Positions 1 through 10,083 of a DNA stretch of 59,825 nucleotides are shown here, piece after piece. The notes under the pieces are model-generated. The model had not been told where the DNA came from and made no database searches. It was given only the letters and a program-made list of their open reading frames with translations. Each line of letters opens with the position of its first letter. Positions within the stretch are counted from its first letter, which is position 1. Both the position numbers and the translations under genes were made by a program. Source of the DNA: Paraphysomonas bandaiensis (Eukaryota > Protista > Chrysophyceae); assembly GCA_965644295.1 (NCBI GenBank), contig CBFFRP010000057.1:1-59825 (forward strand). The letters run 5' to 3'.

Positions 1-175
1 ATGTTGTTTGTTTGTCTACGAGTATATATATGCATATATATATATATTCATTGTCATTGTGTATATATCATTGTGATATAATAAAGGAAATATGATGATG
101 TCATTATGAGTGCATTTCAGGTATGTTGTCTTTGTTTGGTTGTATGTATCGTATTCGTTATATTCATTGTTATTG

Positions 176-697
176 TTATGTAAGGGGTTCTTCTTCTTTT
201 TCACAGGCATTTATGAAGACTCCGAATGCTTTATTCGCTCTTTTTATTCTTGCTTGTTTTGCTTCTTCCATTGTGTCGAAGCTTCCAATGTGGATTTTAA
301 TTCCATCTACTGTTATTGACGCTCGCCATTTCTTATCTCTTTTGTTATAACATACGCCTTTTACTCCACATTTGTTTGCTTTGCTTAATTTTTGGTTATA
401 TTGATTCTCTTTTGCGGTTGCCCATCTCAAATTATTAACATTGTTGTCTAATGTGTTATTATTTATATGATCTACACAAGGCTTATTTTCTGGATTTGGT
501 ATAAACGCTATTGCAACTAATCGATGAATCTCAACTGTTTTTTGCTTTCTATCAACATAAAGACTGAGTCTATGGTAACCATCTCTATTTATAGTTTGCT
601 TTAATATTCTTTCCGTATTGTTATTCTTTACATTTCCTTTGTTTGATACACTATAGTTATTGTTGTATCCATCAATCACTTTCCATTCTTCAATCAT
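176..697 (-). CDS. NUMOD4 - HNH - AP2 homing endonuclease (viral/phage type)
   Basis: N-terminal EEWKVIDGYNNNYSVSNKGNVK (NUMOD4); HRLVAIAFIPNPENKPCVDHINNNTLDNNVNNLRWAT (HNH_3); GVKGVCYNKRDKKWRASITVDGIKIHIGSFDTMEEAKQAR (AP2 DNA-binding). Intronless. Confidence 0.92.
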   Translation of the reverse strand: MIEEWKVIDGYNNNYSVSNKGNVKNNNTERILKQTINRDGYHRLSLYVDRKQKTVEIHRLVAIAFIPNPENKPCVDHINNNTLDNNVNNLRWATAKENQYNQKLSKANKCGVKGVCYNKRDKKWRASITVDGIKIHIGSFDTMEEAKQARIKRANKAFGVFINACEKEEEPLT

Positions 698-960
698 AGT
701 AATAATATATATATAATAATTTCTTTTTAAACCATTTTATATATATTTTCAATCTGTTTATGATTTTCTGCATTGAAAATGGCATTATTGCTTGTTTTGG
801 GCTTTGTATAAATTGACATCTATATATAATATAGCATTACATTATTATATTCTATATTTAAATTAGAATTCAAGGTTTTATGAGTTTTTGCTTAAAGCTT
901 CGCCATTATATCACTACAACTACATTCCAGAGCTTTAAGCATTGCCATTATACATTATTA

Positions 961-1134
961 TAAAAAAGTCATATAGATAACAAAGTAGATTTAATAAGTA
1001 GTTTTTATGGTAGAATCCCGGGGTTTTACAAACCTTACAAATTTAAATTATTTTTCATTTTAATTTTTCCCTCCCCCTATATCTACTATTAAATCTACTT
1101 ATTAAATCTACTTTGTTATCTATATTACTTTTTA
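961..1134. repeat. ~40-bp inverted repeat (961-1001 / 1095-1134)
   Basis: aaaaagtcatatagataacaaagtagatttaataagtag is the reverse complement of ctacttattaaatctactttgttatctatattacttttt with one mismatch. Confidence 0.9.
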
Positions 1135-1943
1135 TTATAAACATTATAAATAATATATAAAGTAATTAATTTTATTTAAGAATATAAATAATATATAAAG
1201 TAATTATAACTTATTAATAATAAGTTATAAGTTAAACTCACAAAGAGAAGGAATTACAACCGAAGGTTGTAATTGGAAACACTCGAAGAGAAGAGGCCCC
1301 TTGAGGGGCATGTGGGGTAGAAAAAGGCTTGCCCTTGTCCCCCTCCCTTTTTTTTTTTATCAACTTCACCAGCCCAAATAATACTCTAAGAAAATGTGTT
1401 AAATAAGGCAGTTATCCAGAGATGCGCTACTCTCTAATCATGCTGGGTAATTCTGGTATGCGAAGTCTACCGGTGCCGTGCTTTTATAAATATATGTCCA
1501 GTATTACTAATTATTTGAGTGCACTTTTAATATTTTATAACCAGAAACAATTCTCCTAAAGTATACTGGTTTAAGTTTTTCTTCTTACCGTATGCCTATA
1601 CAGCAGCGTTTCAGTTAGTATTAAATTATTACTCCAACATTTGGCCCCAACCATACGGTAAACAGGTTTTCCCTGAAGCCCTGAAGGAGTACCGGCTCTA
1701 ATTGCTTAGACTATGGCTGTTGCTGTCGTTGCTTCCTGTAGCTGCTTGATCTATTAGTTATTCATGTAAGTCATACACTGATTTTGGCTGCGGTCTTTAA
1801 TCCCACTGCTGATACAACGTCATAACACTTCGCCAACGACGACAGATAAATATATATCAAATATAAATATATAACTATAACTCCGAATTTAATAGTCCAC
1901 TATGTTTATTTACACTCTTCCGTTAAAATTAATCTATCTAAAG

Positions 1944-2501
1944 CTAAAATAAGCTGTCTTGAGCACCAGATTCATTCCCTATTATACAGTACTAGAATGA
2001 ACATGGGAAGCGAATAGACACACGAATTACCACACCTGAAACAAAAGGAATACAATGCGGGCCCAGAGACCTGTACTGTGACCGAATATCTTGCAGAATA
2101 GAAACGAAATCTACATTGTCAGAGTTCTGAATGAACATACTGAAATTAGAAGGATGTGCATGTGGCGGCAGCATAACATGTACCTCCTGTGGTATGGATT
2201 CAATGGCGGTGAGCAGACGTTCACACCTCCTCTGAAGACGCTCAGACTTATCTCTATCGGACATCAGAATGCTCTTCGTTATTATCTTCACAAAACTTAA
2301 CTCCTCCCCTAGTGGGAATCCATACATGAATCTATGAGCATCGTGTCATATGAGTGTATGTATATATGTATATATATAGACTAACCCAGCCTCTCGACCC
2401 TCCCCTATACACCCCTCCGCATCAACCACTCCCTCTTCCCTGCCCTTCTCATAGGCTTGTGCCTCCACACTGATAACACTGTCCCAGTCACAGTATGACA
2501 T
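1944..2501 (-). CDS. LTO1: LTO1/ORAOV1-like (Yae1_N family) Fe-S assembly adaptor, spliced
   Basis: MSYCDWDSVISVEAQAYEKGREEGVVDAEGCIGEGREAG|FMYGFPLGEELSF carries the GxxxG repeats of Yae1_N; C-terminal LQDIRSQYRSL; 2-3 GT-AG introns. The 3' end is ambiguous (1944 ...QDSLF* or 1992 ...PCSF*). Confidence 0.75.
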
Positions 2502-2970
2502 GACTATTCTCACTATATATATATATGTTACATACACTATACTTGTCTTAATATAGGAGACACTGTACCATAATAACATGCATTTATTAAAATCCCCACT
2601 TTTAGGAAAAACTCCAATATTTGGTTTGTGAAATTGTCACTAGGAATACCGGATATACAGTGTATACAGTCCCTTGCAGGATGAAACTGCTGACGGCATA
2701 GCTGTGGAGATGGTGCGTATCTCTCACTATCCTACACGCTCCTTCATACATAATCCCTACACACACACACCTCCAGCATACATACACACACACACGTACC
2801 GTGTATATGGACATACACGTATACGATCCCTAGCTGTGCATAGTTATAACGCAGCACAGGACCAGCCCACGGTCTCGTACACTGCAGTCAACACATTAAG
2901 TAAGGTGACTTCACGGTTACTCGTAACTACTTCTATATAGTCACTGTTGATAATTTAGCCTAACTGGAAG

Positions 2971-3355
2971 ATGTCTGAAGCTGCATTATCGAAGATTCAA
3001 AATGATGTACGTCCCTCTCTGTCTCTGTGTGTGTCACTGTGTGTGTGTGTCTCTGTCTGTCTGTGTGTCTGTATGACTACACATCGATCTGACTCGTATC
3101 TTATGATGCTCGTATACAGTGCGCAAAGTTAGAGGCAGAAATACAAATGTACAAATCATCTCAGCCGATGTCGACTGCATGCGATGAGTGAGTCAGTTGT
3201 TGTTTATATCTGTTATAGTCCTTATAAACTCTTATGATAGGATAATAGAGTATATTGTGAATCAAAACGAGCCTTTCTGTGCCACAGGAAAGAGCGAGCC
3301 TAATCCTTGGCACTCTGGAGGGGCTGCAGATGGGGGATGCTGCGTTATTTCTTGA
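2971..3355 (+). CDS. Heterotrimeric G-protein gamma subunit (3 exons: 2971-3006, 3120-3187, 3241-3355)
   Basis: Spliced product MSEAALSKIQNDCAKLEAEIQMYKSSQPMSTACDEIIEYIVNQNEPFCATGKSEPNPWHSGGAADGGCCVIS*; has S.AC..I..Y, EPF, NPW and a C-terminal CaaX (CVIS). Absent from the ORF track. Confidence 0.9.
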
Positions 3356-4029
3356 GAATAGACTTCAAACGCGATTAACATAAGTGTCACCAATGTCTCA
3401 AAAGTGTTCGTTCTTGCTGCTGACTTGAAGAGCAAATTTATTCATGAAACTGTGAAATGTTGTTTTTAAATAATTATGCATTTGTATTTCTCTTATTTTT
3501 CATGTTTGGATGTGTCACCGCTTTTTCCACCACCGTTAGGACCGCTGCCTACAGATGAGTACGTATTATGAGATACCGGAGTCTCTAACTCTGGTTCTGC
3601 TAGTCCAAATGCAATACCTACAGCTCTAACTTGTTTTTCGCTAGCTATGGCTGCTAAAGGATCATTTCCCTCTAACATTATCCTCACTGTCCTTCTTACG
3701 GCATCAAGCTTAGAAGAATATTGTACCTCAACATCTGTTTCCTTCTCCATATGAATAAATATTTCTACAGCTACTGGCTAACTACAAGCAACTTCTCAAG
3801 TAAAGAAATTTCATCTTATTAACAATAATTAGTAGTGAATGTCTTAATATTAGCAATGTTGAGTTTTTCTATTTGTGAGCAACTGAAAGCTGTAATTCTA
3901 GGTGTTTGAATTATAACGACCGTTACTCAACGAATACAGTTGACTGTATTATGAATACTAACAATATGATAGCTATTGTAGTAATGAAACTGAAATATAT
4001 TGACTGTACAAGACAGTGACGATCTAAGA

Positions 4030-4468
4030 AGTAGTGAATGTCTTATTATTAGCAATAGGCGTTTAAGAGTTGGAGCTAGTGTAGCAAAACAATTTAACTA
4101 ACTAGTTCTTAACTCTGATATCCTACTATTTCACGCTACGAAAGCTGCTTGTGTTGCGCCGCGAGTATGAAGGTGCAGCCAATTTCGCTCTATCACTCAT
4201 AGCAAACGCAGTGAGTAATGTTGATATAGGTGACATCTGATGACTTAACGTGAATAGCACGGATGCTTGACTTTCAGAAGGCAGACTATTATCTCGAATG
4301 CCCTTGAGGTGGGCCCATTCCCGGATGCCTGTTAATTGGTCAAGGACCAACGACGTCTACACAACTGACACTATATTAGTGTCCTTTGTACCACACAAGC
4401 AATGAGTGGGTAGAACAATATCTGCTGGCAATATATGCGACTCACGTTAGTTTCCGGAGAAATGTCGT
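4030..4468 (+). mobile_element. TIR-family repeat copy 1 (A-end plus shared core; other end not found)
   Basis: agtagtgaatgtcttattattagcaataggcg...ctgatatcctactatttcacgctacgaaagc followed by the core (gtgggccc...gacgtctacac...ttagtgtcctttgtaccacac...gaacaatatctgctg), matching copies at 17.0-18.4, 25.9-27.0 and 35.3-36.8 kb. An isolated tip copy lies at 3831-3856. Confidence 0.85.
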
Positions 4469-5792
4469 GAATGACAATGCATTATGAGTGATGTTATTTA
4501 TGGTATTATAATTTTTAGATTTAAGTGATCATCTAAGTTTCATTACTTAATTATCCTGCTAGTAACGTCAATTTCCAACGAGGTTTTACTATAATCATAT
4601 CTCTGCCTGTAAAGGCCAGTAAAGTCCCATCTGCTGCTGCACCACCAGTCGAAACTGCTCGGTGTTGACCATTTGCTCTCTGGAGGCACTAGACGCTATG
4701 TTGTTTCCATAAATGAAGGTAAACCGGTCAGGTCCACTTTTGCGAGGAGATAATAACGACGGGATAGTAATGAACTAGAGTACTACTTACTTTTTAATAC
4801 GCGTCTAAGATACAATTGCATGCAAACCTATTAAATATGATAGTCGAACTTCTAAACGGGCAGCAGGTAGTAGAGACAGAGAGATGGCCTAACGCACTAC
4901 AGTGATAACGTAGTAGTACCCCGCCAACTACCTTTATTTACTAAAACTACACAGGTAATCACTACCATATAATGGGTACCGCACACCACATACTAAGCCG
5001 CGTTTAAAACAGATTCACAGACTCTTTCGATGGTAAACACTATGCCCAACACGCGGCGGTTGTACATCATATGTTTGAGGTGAAGGGCTCGATGAACTCG
5101 TTATTGCCCATGATCTGTGCGGTGGAGGCAGTTGACATCGGTCCTATCAGCAGCGAGTTATGCGCGCCCCAATCGGAGGGCCGCCCAATTCCAGCGGTCA
5201 CTGTTGATGACTACTACCTAGAGTAGCCGCATGTATACAATTGAGTGTGTTTGACATGTTGTAATTCTGTGACTCGTAACTAAATTATTGTCCGTTCCAC
5301 GTAACTAATCATCGGGACCTGAACATGATGATGGTCGAACAAGATGTAATTCTATAGGACAAAATATGTTGACCGCAATATAGTTAGTTAGCTATATAGT
5401 ATTTTCGACGACATATTACAGTTTTTCACATTGTATTTAACGATTCTACAGTTCTATCTTCGAATTGAAGGCAACTATTGCCAAATTGGATGCTTAATTA
5501 ATAACTACAATTACTATTGTTGAACATCTGTCACGAATATATTGCATGATCATTGCTAATTGCTAATAATAGAACATCAATTTTAGGCAACTAAAATACA
5601 CAACTATAATTTACTGGTGCAGAGATAATGGAACTTTGGATATTACATATTACATCAGCAGCAATGTAATATTTGAATTTCATAATTCTATAAGTAGGTT
5701 ATTTTCGTCACGTAAAGTATATACAGTAAGTAGTATGTAAATCATGTATACATTGGTCTGTTTCGAACACTTTGCAGTAAAGAAGCTTCTCG

Positions 5793-8021
5793 TCACTGTC
5801 CCAGCTCACTACACGGGTTAATATTAAGTGTATTAAAGAAAGAAATTGGAAAAGTTTGGGGGTGATAAGATACAGATTCGGAATCGTAATAGCCCGCGAA
5901 TATTTGATTCGCTCTATTAACTTCTTGCAATCCAGCTAACGATCGAGAGTTTCGAGGATGGACTTCAAGATCTTGCGAAAACAATTCACGTGCTCGTGTT
6001 AAATTTCCATAGCGGGTCCACACCATACACTCGTGGGTGCGTTCTGTCGGGCTACACGGAATAAAATTGCGTTCACGTATAGACAGAATTAAAAGGGTAG
6101 TCCTAAGATGTAATGTGGCAGCACATTGCCTTATAGGCAGATGAAAGTGTTCCGGCTCCATATAATGAAAATCATCCTGAATAGTCATTGCCATGTCCAA
6201 CGCCCTCTCAGCTGTAGCATACTGATTGACAGCCTCCACCCAGTTCCGCCCAACAATAACCTTCTCAGCAACAGATACAGCCATTGCAGCCCGTACAAGC
6301 ATAACTAGCAGAGAACCCATTTCTCTGTGGTAGGGATAGAACACATGACTGGGAGGCTTCGAGTCAGTGGGAATATTAGCGACAGCATCATCGAGCAAAG
6401 CAGTACTGTGGGCTGCTCCGTCTATGTCCCCTGTATGTATCATCGCAAGAGTCTGTGAATAATGATACAAAGCCAAAGAGTAAGATGGGACATCATGAAA
6501 ATCATTGGCCGGGTGTGCACTCTCAAGTATTGTTGACCACCGCCCGAATCTGGTGAGTACGAGGTCAATAGGAACCGGAACCATGGATGACATGAACTTG
6601 TTGGCCTCGGCAGCGCTCATTTCTAGCGATCGACGCTTCGAGTATTGTATTGCGGTGAATAAGTCACCGTCATGCACTGCACAAGCAACGGCAAGAGCGA
6701 GGTTATGAGATGGGAGGTAAGGACTCATTCCAGCAGCAGCATAGTCTTGGTCAGCCGAGATAGCTGCCCTGCTCGAATGCAAGCAATCGGAGTACCTTCC
6801 CACACGAAGGTATATGTGCGCTGGCATATGCAGCAGGTGGCCTATTGGCAAACCACCCGCCGCTTGTCGAGAGGTACCTTGATGAAAAAGAAGGTCAGCG
6901 GCTATCTCGCCCCCGACAACAGCAGGTTCTGTGGTCTGTTCCGCCAGGTGTATTAGCAAATGCAGTGCCAGGGAATTCGTATTCCGACCCGTGCTCTGCA
7001 CTACAAGAGGTGCCAGAAGATTGTAGGCCTCCCGCGCGGAGGGGTTGAGGTCGTGAAACTTCCCCAAGTGTCGCGTATGCGGTGAAGGGGGAATGGCAGG
7101 CGCAGAGAAATATTTCCACGGGGTCATATTGAGTAATCCTGCAGCAAGAAGTGCAGTCACTGTATCTTTCTGTGTGCCCGGAGGACAATCACGCAGTACA
7201 TCCCGCATAGACTGTACGTACCCCGCCTCCATTTTCGGCCACCCTCCACTATCTCGCCATTCCTGTAGCGACAAAGCGTACCGCTCTGACAGAGCCGCCA
7301 CTAGCATCTTTGATAGCTCCAACGTAGATGATTTCGAAGATGCCACTAGCGCTTGTGCCGCTTCAATTGCCTCCTTACCTTGTTCGTAGTCTTCATTGCT
7401 GACTGCATCGTTAATGGTAGGACCACAAGCGGCGGCTAATCCCCAGTAGCACATCACACAAGAGGGATCATAGTGAATGGCCTCCTGAAACCTTGATAGG
7501 GCTTCTGGTTTATTGAATCCATAGAAATGAAGCATTCCTTCATCAAACAAGAACTGACTTTCTCGTATGAGTGTTACAGCTCCGAATCCATGTATTTCTC
7601 CTCCCCTTGTGGCGGCTCCATACCCAGTGTCTGACACAGTAGTACGTGAGGGTAGTGGGAAACGCATCGTCCCCGAAACCAGAGCACATACCACCACTAT
7701 GAACCCCACTAACAGAACCAGGAACCCCTTGAATCTCCCTCTAACCCCTGGGCCCGCCTCATCCACCAGCACCACCGCATCACTCGTATCCGGCTCATCA
7801 AATGGACCTGTATGTGTGAGTGGGTGTCGGTGTTGCTGTGTATGTACGGGTATAGTTCGACGAGTGACTGACACATATACCACATGACTGAGAGACAGCA
7901 GCAGCACCACCACCACCAGCACAGACACAGAGACAGGCACTGATGGAGATAGAGGCACTGCTAGAGGCTCTGGCAATGAGAGGGAGAGGGAGAGGGGGGT
8001 GGGTATGAGCAGAGGACTCAT
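5793..8021 (-). CDS. Membrane-anchored TPR-like protein of a family common in bacteria and fungi (HMPxHIY motif)
   Basis: Long uninterrupted ORF; FDEGMLHFYGFNKPEALSRFQEAIHYDPSCVMCYWGLAAACGP, LHLLIHLAE, GHLLHMPAHIYLRVGRY, YLPSHN, YMEPEHFHLPIRQC, DLEVHPRNSRSLAGL; hydrophobic segment near the N-terminus. Start uncertain. Confidence 0.8.
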   Translation of the reverse strand: MSPLLIPTPLSLSLSLPEPLAVPLSPSVPVSVSVLVVVVLLLSLSHVVYVSVTRRTIPVHTQQHRHPLTHTGPFDEPDTSDAVVLVDEAGPGVRGRFKGFLVLLVGFIVVVCALVSGTMRFPLPSRTTVSDTGYGAATRGGEIHGFGAVTLIRESQFLFDEGMLHFYGFNKPEALSRFQEAIHYDPSCVMCYWGLAAACGPTINDAVSNEDYEQGKEAIEAAQALVASSKSSTLELSKMLVAALSERYALSLQEWRDSGGWPKMEAGYVQSMRDVLRDCPPGTQKDTVTALLAAGLLNMTPWKYFSAPAIPPSPHTRHLGKFHDLNPSAREAYNLLAPLVVQSTGRNTNSLALHLLIHLAEQTTEPAVVGGEIAADLLFHQGTSRQAAGGLPIGHLLHMPAHIYLRVGRYSDCLHSSRAAISADQDYAAAGMSPYLPSHNLALAVACAVHDGDLFTAIQYSKRRSLEMSAAEANKFMSSMVPVPIDLVLTRFGRWSTILESAHPANDFHDVPSYSLALYHYSQTLAMIHTGDIDGAAHSTALLDDAVANIPTDSKPPSHVFYPYHREMGSLLVMLVRAAMAVSVAEKVIVGRNWVEAVNQYATAERALDMAMTIQDDFHYMEPEHFHLPIRQCAATLHLRTTLLILSIRERNFIPCSPTERTHECMVWTRYGNLTRARELFSQDLEVHPRNSRSLAGLQEVNRANQIFAGYYDSESVSYHPQTFPISFFNTLNINPCSELGQ

Positions 8022-9034
8022 GCAAACACACTACACCATATCATAACAGTGAACTAGGACGATGATGACTGTGGAGGACTAGGGCGCTGGTTATGGTGAG
8101 GTGCAGTCGCGTGGACTATCTGGTGCATGTATCATGCGTACACTGTACAGCAGTACACACATACATACATACATACATATAGAGATGTACTGCTGTATAT
8201 GCTCGTGTACTCCACTGCTGTTCACCTCCTCTGTACATACATACACCTGCAACAGTACTAGTGCACAGTACATGGAGGTACTGTATGATCTATGCAGCAG
8301 TACACCACACCTCTCTCGGATCTGTGTATATATATGCGTGTGTATCCATATGCCACTATCAACACATCAAGACGACCTCTATGCAGCTGCAGGCCAGTAT
8401 GTCCATCATTCCTGTCTCATGCTCTTAGCGGAGGTGTAGCAGTAGCATCACTTGCTTCTCCTGATACTCAGCTACACCTCTGCTGAGTGTTGCTAATGCG
8501 GTGCAGCGCGTGTTGATAGGCGTGATGTGCACAGTGCTTACGGGCATCAGACACACAGACACATGCAGCAGCAGTTCCAAATCAGTCATGATGGTGAAGA
8601 GTTTTCATCAGGTGCTTATCAATAATTGAAGTCGGGACAGCAGATCATGTTGCGATTATAGCAGACTGCAACCTGCGTCTGTTAATAGAGAATTCATAGT
8701 TACGCATTACACAGCCCTGATATGATCAACAACATCTAGCTAGTGTAATAATAATTGAAGAGTATCCTACAGCATCTAATTGGCTCAGGATCTACTATTG
8801 CATCTAGTCAATTTGGGGTAATTTCCAAGTCATACCTAACATTTTGTAACAACTAGTCAAGGGTTAAACTCTAGTCATTAAATAAGTCATGCTTTCAGTT
8901 GACAACGACTAGGGTGACTAGGTGTTTATGGTATTCAACTATCCATCCATCAATGAATGAAGGTGTTGAATTATTATTACTTTGACTTGGTTATTACATC
9001 TAAATTATAGTGTGACTAGATTGAATAATATTTT

Positions 9035-9800
9035 TTAATTGGCTCGGAGGAATAGCAATTCTAGACAATTTGAATTCATGTTTTGATGCTCAGTTGTCAT
9101 AATTAACTTTGCACGTTCATGAGTATTCATTCCAGCCACGAATATGAGCTCCTTAGAGAGAGGCGCTACTTTCTTTTTAGTATAACAAAATATAATTACC
9201 ACATTTCCCAAAGCTTTCTCGAGTTCATCTGCCAAGAAATGCCCACACTTTTGGTGCCCCTAGTTATATGATGCACACAAGACAGTAACCTCGCTTTAGG
9301 CGATTATTGCACAACGAACTAAAATGATAAGGATACTCCGAATCCACTCGGAAGAAGACTTCTTTGTAAGCTACACTGGCATCAATTGTGTTTGCCATCA
9401 TTATTCTTTACAATTGTATGACTATTTAGTCCTTGCGTAAGTTGGAAAAATACTTTTAGGTTAACTCTAGTTGAATATAATATATTAATTTCAATGCATT
9501 TTAGAATTTTTAGGCGTGGTTGGAGTCATTGGCCTTAAGAAAATTATTTCATTAAGCGAGAATATTAAAGTGGGATGAATATCTTATCCACGTAATGGAG
9601 TCATCATTGATATCTTTATTCATGAAATTTACAGGCTGTACATCAGAATTTGGGTTGATGGAGGATAGCAATCGCTTTTGCCGTTATATTTGTTGTATTG
9701 TGAGCTATCTTAAGAATACCGCATATATGATAAGAATCAATGTGTCTCCCAGTTCCCTGAAATTATCATGGCTTTCCAGTAAAACCACTACCATTATTGA
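9035..9800 (-). pseudogene. Decayed hAT-like transposase relic
   Basis: C-terminal ERAKLIMTTEHQNMNSNCLELLFLRAN* resembles the hAT dimerisation domain (ERxFSxAKLxxTxxRxxMxxxxLExLLFLRAN); upstream AHNTTNITAKAIA...CTACKFH resembles DNxxTNKAIA...CxxHxxNL; several stops and frameshifts. Confidence 0.5.
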
Positions 9801-10083
9801 TTACCAAGCCCTGGGCTGTAGGCACATTTTTTGGTCTTCCCGAGCCAGGGTTGTTACCTTGGTATCACAATTTAGTGGAGTTTAAAAGTGCGGATATTAC
9901 TTACTCGCAATATATCAGTGAGTCAAGCAGTATGTAAATAATTATGAGAAATATGTATACAACTGTCTCGCTATTGCATTTTAGCAAATAGGGCATTTCA
10001 TTTCAGCACAAATCAAGAATAAGAATATAAAATACACATACGAGTGGTAATTTGTCAAAAAACATAATTTACATCATAAATTG

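Larger units (their letters stand above)
1..1348. mobile_element. Probable right end of an integrated Polinton-like virus/virophage or other viral-type element (continues beyond window start)
   Basis: Much more AT-rich than host genes; intronless viral-type HNH gene; inverted repeats and hairpins at 961-1309; ends ...GTCCCCCTCCCT (CT at 1347-1348) before a T run and host-like sequence. No capsid or polymerase gene is in the window, so the class is inferred. Confidence 0.55.

Noticed and set aside
176-697. Bacterial or phage contamination of the whole window
   Set aside because: The rest is clearly spliceosomal-intron eukaryotic DNA. Only a local chimeric join near 1348 remains possible and needs read support.
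6126-7887. Many plus-strand ORFs opposite the TPR gene (likewise opposite CFAP100, WDR1, eIF3e and DDX46)
   Set aside because: Antisense shadows of real coding sequence with no motifs of their own.
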